From positions 1,426,001 through 1,490,000 of the forward strand of contig JBHGNT010000004.1 of the NCBI GenBank assembly GCA_043228905.1: a stretch of DNA of 64,000 nt. Reading direction: 5' to 3'. This document shows, one piece after another, positions 1 to 13,700 of the stretch (positions are counted from its first letter, which is position 1; every line of letters starts with the position of its first letter). The notes beneath the pieces are model-generated. The model had not been told where the DNA came from and did no database searches. It saw nothing but the letters and a program-made list of their open reading frames with translations. The position numbers and the translations under genes were made by a program. This DNA is from Azolla caroliniana. Taxonomy: Eukaryota; Plantae; Polypodiophyta.

Positions 1-1072
1 GCATAATCATGCACTGCCTCCAAACACCCATGCTGCCGCAAGCTTTCAAAATACGTAAACAAGAGGGTTTGTCTGGTTGCATGCCTCCTATTTTCATTTT
101 CTCAAAAAAATCCATAGCTTTATCATAAAAACCATGCTCCATATACCCTCCAATCATCTCACCCCACATTTGCACATTTTTGTACTGAGTTTTTTCAAAA
201 ACCTTTTGCGCCTCTTCAACTAGTCCGAACAAAGCATACATATTGATGAGTGCACTCCCAATAAAAGCATCAATCACCATATCTAGTTTTTCAATCTTAT
301 CATGGATTAGTCGTCCTAATCCTAGAGCTCTAGTATTTCCACAAGCTTTCAAAGTGCATGAGAGGACCACTCTACTAGGAGTAACATCTTTATATTGCAT
401 CTTCTCAAATACCTCAAGAGCAGACTGATAGCAATCATATGTGACATATCCAGAAATCATCACACTCCATGTTATTATATCTTGATTTGGAAGTCCTTCA
501 AATACACAACGAGCTTCCTCTAAGCTCCCACACTTCGCGTACATGTCTATGATAGTATTTCCAATCCCAGAATCAACCTCTAATCCACATTGGATGATCT
601 CATTATGAATAGTCCTCCCAGATTGTATCGCTCGTAAAATGCTACAAGCTTTTAAAACATATAAAAAAGTGACTTTATCAGGCATCACTTCTTGTTCCAT
701 CTTCATAAACAAATCAAGAGCTGCATTACTTTCCCCGAGATTAACATGAGCTGAAATGATTGCATTCCATGTAAAGATACTAGGCATTGGAATCTTGAGA
801 AATGCTCTGTTTGCTTCCACTAAACTCCCACATAAAGTAAACACTCGTATGAGATGGTCTCCTAAAGGGGTGACAAAGTTGAGGCCATTGCTAATCATAA
901 GGGAGTTCACAAACCTGCTTGATGTTAGATCTTTCTTGCTTAGACATTTTTGTAAAAGATCATAGATGACATCCCGAGATATAGAATGATTTTCTTTGTT
1001 CATCAGCTTCACATCTTGCAATTCCCTAGAAAACACCTCATCGTGATGTGGGCTAATACCACAATAATACAT
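1..1072 (-). CDS. PLS-class pentatricopeptide repeat protein (organellar RNA-editing-factor type), 5' part; continues beyond the left edge
   Basis: Frame from ATG 1072 (MYYCGISPHHDEVFSRELQDVKLMNKENHSISRDVIYDLLQKC...) matches the frame at base 2. PPR motifs include GSLVEANRAFLKIPMPSIFTWNAIISAHV and VQMWGEMIGGYMEHGFYDKAMDFFEKMKIGGMQPD. It is absent from the ORF track, consistent with no stop codon in the window. An acceptor (tttgtttctag) lies just upstream of the ATG. Confidence 0.92.
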   Translation of the reverse strand, partial: MYYCGISPHHDEVFSRELQDVKLMNKENHSISRDVIYDLLQKCLSKKDLTSSRFVNSLMISNGLNFVTPLGDHLIRVFTLCGSLVEANRAFLKIPMPSIFTWNAIISAHVNLGESNAALDLFMKMEQEVMPDKVTFLYVLKACSILRAIQSGRTIHNEIIQCGLEVDSGIGNTIIDMYAKCGSLEEARCVFEGLPNQDIITWSVMISGYVTYDCYQSALEVFEKMQYKDVTPSRVVLSCTLKACGNTRALGLGRLIHDKIEKLDMVIDAFIGSALINMYALFGLVEEAQKVFEKTQYKNVQMWGEMIGGYMEHGFYDKAMDFFEKMKIGGMQPDKPSCLRILKACGSMGVWRQCMIM

Positions 1073-1569
1073 TCCCTTTGGGTAGAACTAGAAACAAAGA
1101 TAGAAACAAGTATTTCTGAGCCGTCATTCATTTCTAAAACTTGGATGAACTTGTAATTCACAACCCATGTGTAAATCATATCAAGGAAACGAGTAATAAA
1201 GGTTTTATTAGAGAAGCTATAATATTCAACTCTTTCAACCCAGAAATTGAAATAGAATGTACACATATGTTTATAGGAAAGGCTATTAATAAAGCGTAGA
1301 ATCATTTGAAATGAAATATAAACATTTTTTTTCGAGGGAACTTTATAGCATTCCACCCTTGAAACCAACAATAAAACATAAAGTTAAGTGACATGAAATA
1401 TACACATATCTTTAGGAAAAGCTCCAAATAAATCAATAAAATCCCTTTTGACGCTTTAAAGACTAACTGCAAATTGATATGAAATATAAACAAATATTCT
1501 GTACATTATCCTACCCTGTTAATCATACAATCTAATTTCATGTGAAAATGGAAGGAACACATGTATTTA

Positions 1570-3075
1570 CGGGAAAGCCTACATATATTTATATACATTG
1601 TACATTAATCTTACTCCATGGGTTTGCTGGTGAGTTCGATTCCTCAAGGAAGAGATCATCATTCTTCAGCAGCTACATTTTCTAGAGTTAAAAAAACACT
1701 AGGTTTTTTCTAGGGTTAAAAACATTACTTCTCTGAAAAAGAGCCAATCAAAGGAAAGGGAATTTCACCCTAATGCATGAGAGACCAGTCAGAGAAAACA
1801 ACCCTCGAGTGCGACATATGAAGAGAGAGAGTTGATGATCATCCATCGCCAATAAGCATAATGAGAGAATGTTTCACCATCTCTGAGTGGGCATATTTCC
1901 TGAGGATTGGTATAAATGGTGCAAAGTCGAAACCTGGGAATGAAAAGCTTGGGATTACAGAGGACGCAGGATGAACTGAAAGATCCATTCTTTTACTCTC
2001 TTTTTTTTGTTTGTTTAGTTCTTCTGAATACTCTGCATCGAAATCTTATGGCTCTGAACTTTGCAATAGGCCAAATTTGGAAATTTTCATAAAGCATAGA
2101 TCTTATATAAAGACTTTAAATGGCTACAAGCCATTTCGTGGAACACCCACAAATGTTGTTATTGATCATATAAGGAACTCACAGATGTGTCTGTCTCTCT
2201 GGCTTGGCCCAACACATTCAATTAGACATATCGTAACATAATGTAGCCGATTGGAACCAACATCATTTTATTTATTGTTCATACCAAAGCACACTATCAT
2301 CGTGTAATAGACTATAAAATATCGAGTGAAGAACCTTGACAAATGAACGGAATCTTGACGAAGCAATGTTGTGAGAAAGTGTCAACACATGGAAGGTATC
2401 TGACAAACAAGCATCTACTAACTTTATGCCAAATTTTCTTCCTTAGAAGTGGCTTCCTTTCTTAATGCAACATTCTATTAGTTCAACATAATGGATATTT
2501 CTGTTCATCCTCCCTCCTTTGTAAACCAAACCTTTCCATTCCCAGGTTTCTACTTTGCACCATTTATACCAATCCTCGAGAAATATGCCCAGTCAGATAT
2601 GGTGAAACATTCTCTCATTATGCTTATTGGCGATGGATGATCATCAACTCTCTCTTCATTTGTCGTTCTCGAGGTTGCTTTCAATGACCAATCTCTCATT
2701 CATTTTGATGAAATTTCGTTTTCATTTATTGTCTCTTTTTAAAAAAAGTTATGTTTTTTTAACCCTAGAAAAGACCTAGTGTTTTCTACCATTGTACTCA
2801 CTACTAGTATGAAGCATACGCACCATTCGTGCATTCGCGAATGAAGCACACCCTCGAATTATGGTAAATACCATACTTTTGCACTCATTATTTATTGTAA
2901 GGTAATTTTTTTAGGGCAAGAAAGTTAAGGTAAAAACTGTAAAAAAAAAACACAAGAATGTTTTAATAGCATACGCATCAAAACGAATGTTTTGGCTAAT
3001 GAACACGAATATTACGTCACTAGTAAACCCATGGAGTAAGATTAATGTACAAAAATATATCTAGCCTTTCCTTAA
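1570..3075. repeat. Long imperfect inverted repeat: arms about 1570-1989 and 2490-3075, about 500-bp spacer, right arm interrupted at about 2790-3016
   Basis: 1828-1880 gagttgatgatcatccatcgccaataagcataatgagagaatgtttcacc is reverse-complemented at about 2601-2650. tacattaatcttactccatgggtt (1601) is reverse-complemented at about 3026-3049. Confidence 0.9.
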
Positions 3076-4737
3076 GAAGGGTTCTAAACTTACCAACAAT
3101 TCTCTAGCATTGTCATGTACATGGAAACAGATGTTTTTTGTGTGATATTAACGTTTTCAATAACCTGATTGATGTTCAAAATATTGATTTTTTCTTTTCA
3201 TGGAGAAAAGTGAACCATCATATTAGTAAGATTAAGTAATTTGGAGAAACACCAATCATTCACTAGTCTATTACATGCATAACCATAACTAATTGTTAGA
3301 TAGATTTTCTACAGTTATCTTATGAATATGTGTGGGTGAAAGTAAAAATCTAAGATTACTATTAATAATTGATCATGACATATGTTGTCCCTAGGTTTCC
3401 TTAATCTTATGATCAGTCATGAGAGAGTTGTTGGCAATGTAATAACCATACATTGTTTATATGACCAGTGATGTTGGATGTACAAGGACTTGACAAGAGA
3501 TCCCCACTATCAAGGAGCCATTATATCCATACAAAAGCAAGTTCCAGTAAGTTGCAAAAATTGCAAAAGCCTCACTAACTTTTGTGATTAGTATCTCCAC
3601 AAAAATAGTATTTCACCTTAATTGCCACTACTCAACAAAGAAATCACAAACATTTGTTTAATTAGCTCAAATAGCATTGTCAATTGTTCATATTATCAAG
3701 GGATCAAGAGCTATAATCAAGAACTAGCTTAGGAGCTTTTGAAAAATGAGAAGTATTCCTTCTCTCCTTATAAATCAAATAATCAAAATGCAGATGATAG
3801 TTATGTAAATGTCATAATTAAATAGAAACGAATGTAGACATCATTATTAAATAGAAATACAGTATCATTTAAGGGTGATATACAATTATAGCTTTGGCTT
3901 CTCATTAAAGATTGTCTTTATAGGGTGTAGGGTTTAATGTCACCCATTGTAACAATATCCCTGATCAAGAATTGTACTCCTGATTACTTTTTGTCTAAAA
4001 ATTCATCCCAATACTAAACGCCTTTGAATGGCATCTCACATTAAAGCTTTAGCATAGATGTTGAGATGCCATGTTACAAAATTCAACACTTAAATTGGCA
4101 TTACAATATTGCCAATGTTCAACATAAGCAAGTAACGTTTCAGGTATAGTTCATTGTAACATTTCTTATGTCTACTGCACACTTTGGCAACATCCCAGAT
4201 ATCTTATTGCCAATGTCCACGACAAGTAGGTTGAGTTGGTATACTCCATTGTTAAAACATTTCTTTCCGACTGTCTTGTGTTTAAATACAAGATCCTTTT
4301 TGCCCTCTCACCTTTCACAAGGAAATAAAGAATAGAGCCACCTTGTCAAGGAATTTACTTGATATATATTTTCTCATTTCAATGGAGAGTATCTCTCAAA
4401 GGTTACATTGCTTTAACATCTCGTCTTTTAGTCAATAACGTCAGATAGAGAACACCAAAAGCATGTCCACAACTTTAATTGCATCTGTGCCAAAATAATG
4501 GGATTCAAATTTTGACCAAGGAATTATATTTTTTTCCAAAAAATGATTGAAAGAAACATTGAATGAAAAATTCACCAGCCCAGATTGTCAATATGCATGT
4601 AGCAGTTGATCATATCCACCGAAAAATTCCTCTTTATACACACAATCAATCATCCATCAATCTTGAGCCTACAAATTCATAGGGAAATGTGCTGAGAAAA
4701 AATCTGCATACCACTGAAGATCAAATGCATAGGTTTT

Positions 4738-7700
4738 TTACCTAGCCGTATGTGCAGTCATTCTATTGTTCTTTGAACCAGCAGATTTTGATGCTTTCCT
4801 CTTCTTTGACATATCCCGACAAAACTGGCTTTTGCAGTGACATGTGAATGCTTTTACTTGATGAGTATCATCATTAAAATCAATTCCATAATCCCTGGTA
4901 TTTATACATATGGTTCAGAAAACAATAAAGAAAGATTGAAAACATAAGTGCAGGATTGCATCGCATAATTAATTGTGTTATGGTTAGTTAATAAATCAAT
5001 TTACAGATCTTACATTCAAACTATCTGTAAAGTGAAACGAATAAACATTGATAATGTGGTGAAATCATGGTAGTAGGTTCAACTCTCGAGCAAAAGCAAA
5101 GTTGCGCAATTGACTTTGATTCATACAAAAACTCGTATACAAATTATTCCTGCTAGAAATTTGCTCCTAGAAATATGCAGAACGCAGGGATTGGAAATAT
5201 CTAGTTTCACAACATACCAGGTAAGTTCTTCCATCTCCTCTATATCTCGCACAGCAAAGAATGCAGCCTGTATATACCATCAAATACAGAAACGAGACAG
5301 TATTATGGGATAGACTAGAAATTTTCAAACTAATAAGATTTTCTCATAATTACAATTGAAGTTCTAGCAATAGAATCATATTCACCATAACGAAAAAGAT
5401 ATATTTTAAAAAATCTATGAAGTCCAAGCATTTGGAAAAGAATTTCATGTGTAGAATACAAACATGGTAGTAGTGTGTGTCTCTCGTCTCAATTTGTACT
5501 GGTCGCATGAATAAGTTTGGATCATAACACCTATCCATCATATAAGAAGATCTTTGGATACTTATTGAGGAGCATTGATAATTGATAAGTATATTCATTG
5601 ACAATATGCAGATGGTCCCAACTACGCAGTCAACCATGATGAGGTTTGTCGGAAATTACATTGGCCATACATACCTATGATTGACAAACCGGGACACGTT
5701 CCCAAACATTGTTGCATCCTGATAAGAAACAAATAGTCTTTCAGGGGAGCCATAATCACGTTTCACTAACTTAGTATTGCAACAGTTCCTTTCAGTTATT
5801 ACCCTAGAGAAAGAGCCACAATTTATATCCATGAGAAACTACCTTGTTTAAGTAAACGATTTTAACAGTTTAGTAAAGAATCGCACCAGTACTAAGAGCT
5901 CTGTATCAGTTAAACCATCACCAAAATGTTTTTTCTCCATGTCAAGATCAGCATCCAAATTCATTGTATATGTATACACACCATTTTTTTCATACTCCAT
6001 ATTCCGATCATATTGCTCCAAGTTTGTTGCAATCTGCAGCAGATATCATCATCGAAATACGGTTTGAAAAAGTCATCATAGCACTCGCCTAAGTATTTAA
6101 ATACAAATACAAAACTACGATGGCCTGTGTAAGAAGAAAACATACCTCGCCTACATACTCAAAAACAAAGCACCGCGCAGGGATCTTTTCAAGAGCCCTA
6201 ACCCCCCAACCCTTTTTAGTAGGCGTCATAAATACCTGCTTAAAAATAAGGCATAAAGTTAACCAGAAGAATTATGGTACATAGAATTAAGCAACCAGAA
6301 AAGCATAGATACATCCTTCATATCTTCTTTCATACCTGCAGCTTTTTGGTGATTCCACGTTGGACAACACGATTTCCACAGTTCAAGGTGCAGCAGCACT
6401 TGTTGCAACACTCTGTGATGAAATCTCTGCACAGAGAAGTTTCATGACGGTGAAAATAGAAACCAATAGCTGGATTATCAAAAGATTCATCAAAGAAAGT
6501 GTTCATTGTCAAAGAAACTGTAAAAGTTCCTAGACATGAACTCCGTACATACTCGTTTTGACAGGTAGAAGAAATTGACATGTATGTTTTTTCAGTTTAT
6601 TTCAGATAAAAAAGAGCATTTACTACTCTCTAATTGACGCAACAAATGAACCGTTTTACGTTAGAGATTTTCACAAAATCTTAATGCCTTTCCCTCTCTT
6701 GAATATTTCACCAGTGAAATAAATGAACTGTTTTATGTTAGAGATTTTTACAAAATCTTAATGCCTTTCCCTCTCTTGAATATTTAACCAGTGAAATAAC
6801 ACAATTTGTTACGGGCACAACCATATAACTTATCCCATCCAAAGAATGTAACTTATCCCGTCCAGAGAATGTAAAAAAGAGTGTGAAGTTTAATGGAGAA
6901 CCCTTAGGGATTGAGACAACCCTTACAGGCCAAGTGTGAACTTGTCTAGGGGACTTAGGTCTGGCTATAAATATTATGCCTAACTATCCTCATTAGACAC
7001 ATTATTCGACTACAAAGAAACTGTCATATTGTGGCGTTCAGACTCTTGTGGCAGCATGCACCAGTACCAGGTACAACTTGAAGCAATAGTGATGCAATGG
7101 GATGCCATCACCTCTGAAGTTTTGACTTTAAAACAGCAATTTTGAAGTCAGTTTACTTGATATGGACATAAAAAGTCAATAAGATAACTTGAGCAACATC
7201 GTGGCATCTATCTATTGTAATCTACGTACAGTTTGATTCTAAATCTGATTTTATAAATTTTCAAACATTTATGTTACAAAAACATCCAGATATGGCTATT
7301 AAATGCAATATTATTGCGATCCAACGACACATGAAGCTCTTAAGTTACCATGGGATTGACAATACTTACCCTTTACAAGTCCCCCATCCTGATGGATACT
7401 GCAAATCAAATGTTCATACATCAACAATAGTTTCAAATAAAAAAAGATACATCAACAATAGTGCTTAATACATTTGTAGCTAGTCGCTCAATGAGTCTGC
7501 CACTTTGATCATAAGCATACTCTCCTCGAGTTGAATCTGTGCATTTGCATGCTCCCGGTCCTGGTGATCTGAAATTAGTGAAAAACAAAACATTGTAAAG
7601 TAGCAAACATATAATTAATGTCATTGTGCAGAACCATGCAGTCTGTTTCAAGATGAGAGGCTAATAAAATACAAATAACACAAATTTATGAATTCTATGC

Positions 7701-10700
7701 TTTTAAATACAGAGAATGGCTGTTCTCCTTGAACCTTTGCATATTTTCTACTCGCAACTCTTATAAACTATATATTTCCATACTTTGTCCAATTTCAACC
7801 TGCTTTCCTAAATGTACTGCAATAAACTTCTCCATATCTTTCTTCCATTCTAAATTTGTTGTCTCTGACCAAGTGACCACTCTGATACAAAAGTTAACAT
7901 ACGATTTCTAACGTTTATATACATATATATCTGTACTTTCAGTACTGATATATATATTTCTGTACTTCAGTTTCAGTTTCTTTTCTTTGTGACAATGGGA
8001 GTACTTTGCGACACTAACTCTCCTTCATACAGAAGAAACCTAGATACCGAGTCATCATTAACTACATAACTGGACAGATTTTGAACACCTTGAGTCTCGA
8101 TGCCTGCATAATATTGAGCAAAGCTTTGGGTGCTCCAAGATATAATGCATGACATGTAGGGATAAGTCCCAATAATCAATGAGCCATTATTCTGTGCAGG
8201 GACAAGTATCTAATGGCTTTGGGAAGTCTCTAAACAAAAATACTGACAGCCATTAAAACAGCATGCTCGAATGGATATAAATGCTAAAACACAACAATAG
8301 TGCCAATCACATCGCATAAGTATAAATGTACTACCCTTATTCCAATACAGCTTGGGTTGTCCCTAACTGAACATGACTACAGTTGAAAAGCATACAATGA
8401 TCTCAACTCATATTACAAATTGTATAATAAAAGATAATAAACCCCAATAAAAGGCACATTTTTAACACGCATCGAAGGATGAATTCATCATCAGACTCGC
8501 ATATTCTCTGCAGTGTGATGAAACAGCTCCAATTCGAGATAGAGATGGACATTGGCAGATATGCATACATATGTTTGGAAGAAAACATTTTCCAATTCTG
8601 CACTCTGTTTGACACTGCACTGTTTTCTATGAAATAAGTGGGAGACATCATTGCTTCTTTGGCCAACTTCGCAAGGTAAAGGAATATGAGGATCAACAAT
8701 GCTTCGGACTATTCTCACTAGAAATAAAGAAATACAGAACAATGCAACTATGGAAATTCATCAACAAAGAACAATCGCAACTTCCTTCTTTGCCCATCAC
8801 TAGTATCCATACTACAAGTCAATAAAGGGCTATATGAGTGTGATCCTTAGTATTTCCCTGCATTCTTTATTTAAACGTCTCCCTTATCCTGCGTTTTGAA
8901 AAGAAAAAAAACTTTTCACTTTTCGGCAAGGTAGACTTAAACTAGTTTCCCTGACCTAATCCTTGTATTCACTTTTCTCATTACAAAACACACATGAGGA
9001 CTTTGAATGGATGCTGAATAAAGGTATCACTGTCAACACACATGAGGATGGGCCAAATCAATGGAGAACCCCAAGAAGATACAATAGAAGAAAAGGACGA
9101 GATGGGATACCCCAGTTAGTGCCATTAAATGTCAAATCAGGAAAATAAGGAAATGCAAAACCGGTTGAGATGGCCAAACATGCCAAAAGTTAAGCCAAGC
9201 ATGCTCGAAAAGATATTAAAGCAAACATCCACTAAAAATATGTTGGGATTAAAGGCCCTTTACGTTTCTCTAACTAAACTAGAAAAATGAGTTTACGTTA
9301 CTTAAGATTTTCTAATTTTTGTTAAAGTTGTATAGCCCAATTTTCAGAGCTGTACTACTTCTAAAAGAATAGTTTGTAGTTTGAATGGGATACTTGGACA
9401 AGGTTCTACTCAGCATTAAGTAGGTATTTATGTGGCAATGAATTAGTTGTCTCATCAACATTCAAAGTTCTTCTTTTAAGAGAATATTCTATGTAGCTCG
9501 GATAGCACATATATGTGTGTATGTCTATGTATATGTGCACTCCTACCTTATATTTTTTTTTAAGCAGCGGGTTTTTGTTTTGCAGAACATAATTGTTTTT
9601 TGTTTCTATATATCTGCCTTTAGATATCTTAGAAAACTGTCATTCTATATTCTACTTCCTGACAACATGCAAAGAGGAACATCAACTAATTTTACGGTAG
9701 AAGGACCACACCATGATGGCAAGTGCATGCCCCACAAGAGCAACATCAATTAATTTCCAAGGGCATTCCTCACAAGCGATGTGGCGAGCACAAGGCCCTT
9801 TGACAGTATGTGAGAACACTACAAACAAAAGTGATTTGTATGAGCATGGCCCTTTGACAGTGTTAAGCAATTAGAATGTATCATGCCTTTGTCTGAAGAA
9901 GAGCACATCAACAAGGACACATGAAAGGGAAGTAGTAAAAACCAAAAGAAGAAAAGGCAAGCCAATAGGCAGCCAAGTGTGAAATGACCTCACCCACAAT
10001 GTAAAACCTACATAAACTACACAGTGGTATCGTTGTAGGGGTTCCTCCATTTCTAAGAGCTCTAAAGCTTCATCTCCTCTTTCTTGCAATCATAAGCTTA
10101 AGAGAGATTAGAGATAGTGTTTAGCAGGAAAACACTAATCTCTGTTCCTTGTTAGTGCTAGACCTCTTAACAGGAGGGTTTAATAAACATACTCTTTATT
10201 CCAATTTGTCTAAAAGAGTGAGTGCAAGAGAGTGAGAGAGATATAAACACTAATCGTGTGCACAGATCCTACACATATGTTAAGGTTTTTAACTAAATAA
10301 ATAAGAATGGAATGCCAACAGACATCACTATGCAGACATGTAGCTGCACTTGACCAAGACATGCTTGGTGCAGGAACGTGACACTTTATGCATGACTATA
10401 TGTAATTGCAATAAGGAGTTTGACACGTGTTATACTTGATTATCAATCCAATGAGGTGATCTTAGAGAGCTATCTATGGAAAACTGCTACTTTCCATTTG
10501 CCTAGGTTTCAACTTCCGAGAGAATCACTATAGCTAAAGTTATATGACAAAATCATAAATTTGCTACTACAGGGGATGTAGTACAATTAGGAGACTTCAA
10601 TTCACTACTATTGGTTTGGCAGCCGAACTATGCTTTGAGATCAAGGATGGATGCAGAAAGGATGTATATGCTACGTGGAGAATGGACTGGCTAAATACCA

Positions 10701-13700
10701 ATGTACAAAAGGGACAATCGATGTGTATGTCCTTAAAGGAAGTCACACAAGGATTGTCAAAGTCAGTATATAAAGCTGCCATAAATGCCTTTTCCCACAA
10801 AACAAGCAATGCACCCAAACCTGGCGGAGTGTTACCAAAGTAACTGGGGGATTTGTACACACAAACACCCAAGAGAAACCTTCCACCGCCAAGTGAGGAA
10901 GAAGAGAACATAAACCACATGTGTTTCTCTTGTTCCTAGTACGACAAAACAAAAGAACATGGAAAATGTTTAATAAAAAGCAACCCACCACACATTTGAC
11001 CTCGCCTCAGATGTCACCGATTGGTTACAATTTCAGATGACCCAAGATCATTATTAATGCCCAAGACGCTTTGCTATCATTGCTATCACTCATATTATAT
11101 AGAGCTGTGTGTGAAGGTTTTCCTAGTAGCTGAACATAACATTCTATTGGGACAATCTTCAAGAGTGAAGACCCCATTACTTCTGTTAAACTATATGGGT
11201 TGATCATAGAGTCCGAATCGAGGATCACAATCTCATCACCCTTGTCATCAATAGATAAAGGCCATTATCTCCCGCCATCACGGTCCTTCCCTCGCTTCAG
11301 AGACCTCTCCATTCTACCTATGCGAGACACTTTTCAAAGATAAAAATTTCAATATATCTTGAGAATCTTTAGTCATATCAATTAATAATCAGTTCTTTTG
11401 TACTAGCATTCCCAGTGGAAATCTTTGCCAATGTGAAAAAACAGCAAAAAAAAAATTACACTGTTTGCAACTTGTGAGTTGAGGATGCACCTTAAACAAT
11501 CACCTGAGCAAGAGCAATGAAGGTCACCAATTCTGCTCAAAGAAGTATCCACATGTGCAGCTGCAAAAATAGCTTAGTAAATGCTCTTAAAGGAATAATC
11601 ACCCACAAAGGTTTTTTGGTAAATCAAATTAGGTAGAAAATAATACTTTGTCTAATTACAGATTTTGTTATATACAGAAAATCTTCAGGTAAGATGTTTG
11701 TGTTGTATTCATTGACACATGAAATTGGCAGCTTCTCCCTAAAAAAATTATCAATGCATTAGGCCACTTTCAAACTTATTAATGCAATCATTTCATTGAA
11801 AATAACTCATCAAAAAATCAGTTCAAACAATCAGATCACCTACAAGCCTCTACTTATGTCATAGCTGACCACAAAGCCCCTTTTCTTCCCAGGGATTTCT
11901 GGCAATAGTTCGTGTCCCCCACCTGAATGGCAAAGTCCATCATAATTACTCAATAATATTTTGGCATATAGTTGTAGACTGCTAAGCATGCAATACACGT
12001 ACAACATGGTTCGTTCCGTATTCTAGAAGCATTCTACCTTTCGTTAAAATAGTTAGAATAAGTACCAAAAGATAAAATAAGTTGAATACATAGACTACAC
12101 TTCGAATACATTGCAATACATGGAATACACTAAATCCATCGGACAATTTTTCTTGACCAAATTTTCAAAAAAAAACTTATACGTAGACTACATTTTTCAT
12201 AGGTTGGCCATTAAGGGGGTGTTATATATAGCCAATGATCACACCCAAGTTGTCAACTTATCCCTACATGTAAGCTTAGTGCATGAAATTTTGTGATAGG
12301 TCCTATATGTGTGGCATGAATATGCAAAGGTCCTATATGATATCCCCAATCAACCTCCTCTTCCCCACCCACATGGCTCACACCCACATGAATCCACCTT
12401 TTTAATCCAGAAAATGTACGAAAAGCCATTGATCGGTTACAATTTGGGAAGGCCCGGGATCATGAAGGATTGGTTGGTGAGCACTTTATCTATGACCGTA
12501 TCATCTTGTTCCCATTGCCAATCCTCAAGAGTGGAGACCCCACAATCATGATTGGCCATTACTTGGATAAACTATATGGCTCGATTCTAGATTCAGAATT
12601 GAGTATATGGGCAAAGCGGAATGGCTGCAACTCAGCTGCACAGGCAGGCTTTAGAAAGGGGTTCACAACTTTGGCTCACATATTGACCCCCGAGCCCTTA
12701 TCGAGGAGGCCAAAGCCCATAATAAGATGCTTTATTGCTGCTTTGTGAATTTCATAAAAGCCTTTACCACGTGCTCGGCTTTTGCAACGGCTAGAAGCAA
12801 TGGGGTTTGTTAGGAAAACTGGGTCTTCCAAATGTTTGTCAAAGGCTGTGGCTAGCACAATCAGAGTGAAGCAAGGATGCCCATTATTGCCCACTCTCTT
12901 TGGTCTTTATATAGACGATGTATCACATTACATAGAGGATTCGGGGGTTCGGGAGCATACCTAGCAAGTATAGCTATACGAATACTACTATATGTTGATG
13001 ACTTTATGTTGATTTCCAAATCTCCAGAAGGATTGCAAAGACATCTAAATGCCTTAGAACTATTTTGTACGGACAAAGTTTTGTCAATAAACATGGATAA
13101 AACTAAAGTGATGGTGTTTTAACACAACTCAAACATGGGTAACAAGAACAGATCCAGAATTCTTCTTGGTAGAGGAAAAGGTGAAGTGAGTACACACGCT
13201 CCTACACATACGTAGGAGTAACATTTACAAGCTTAGGTTATGCTTATGGGAGGCTGCTTGTGCACAACCTTCTCGTGGATATGCAGCTCTTGGTGCTCTC
13301 AAAAGACAATGTGCACATTTGTAGTTCCATGAGCCACAAACTAAGATGTGGTTATTTGATAGACTTACCACAGCAACTCATCTTTACGGAGTAGAACCTG
13401 GGAAGTGAGTCTTACCAAGGCAAATCATTGAAACCTTTAGTGTCAATGATTGCTCGCATGATAAGGAGAAAAGCATCGGTGCCCCATGATATAATCCAAG
13501 GAGCGATGGGAGTAGCCCCTATAATCACCGAGGCATTGTTCCAATGAGTGACCTGTATCCAACGACTTTGCAAGCTCTCCAACAAAGGTAACCAAGGTTG
13601 GCACTTATGTCATCAAGACTACTGGCTGAAAATGGAGACATTCATTGTTGGCATGCTGATATGCAGCAATAGTTCAAGTCGCATGGCATAAGCATAAATG

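Noticed and set aside
3400-4700. Possible decayed PPR paralog on plus, or an extra minus-strand exon near 4140-4300
   Set aside because: Only faint resemblance with many stops; not supportable by eye.
8048-8103. AG..GT-flanked open stretch (GIETQGVQNLSSYVVNDDS) as an extra SUVR exon
   Set aside because: At 56 nt it breaks the phase, and exons 7 and 8 already join cleanly (GDCLR/SPGPGAC).
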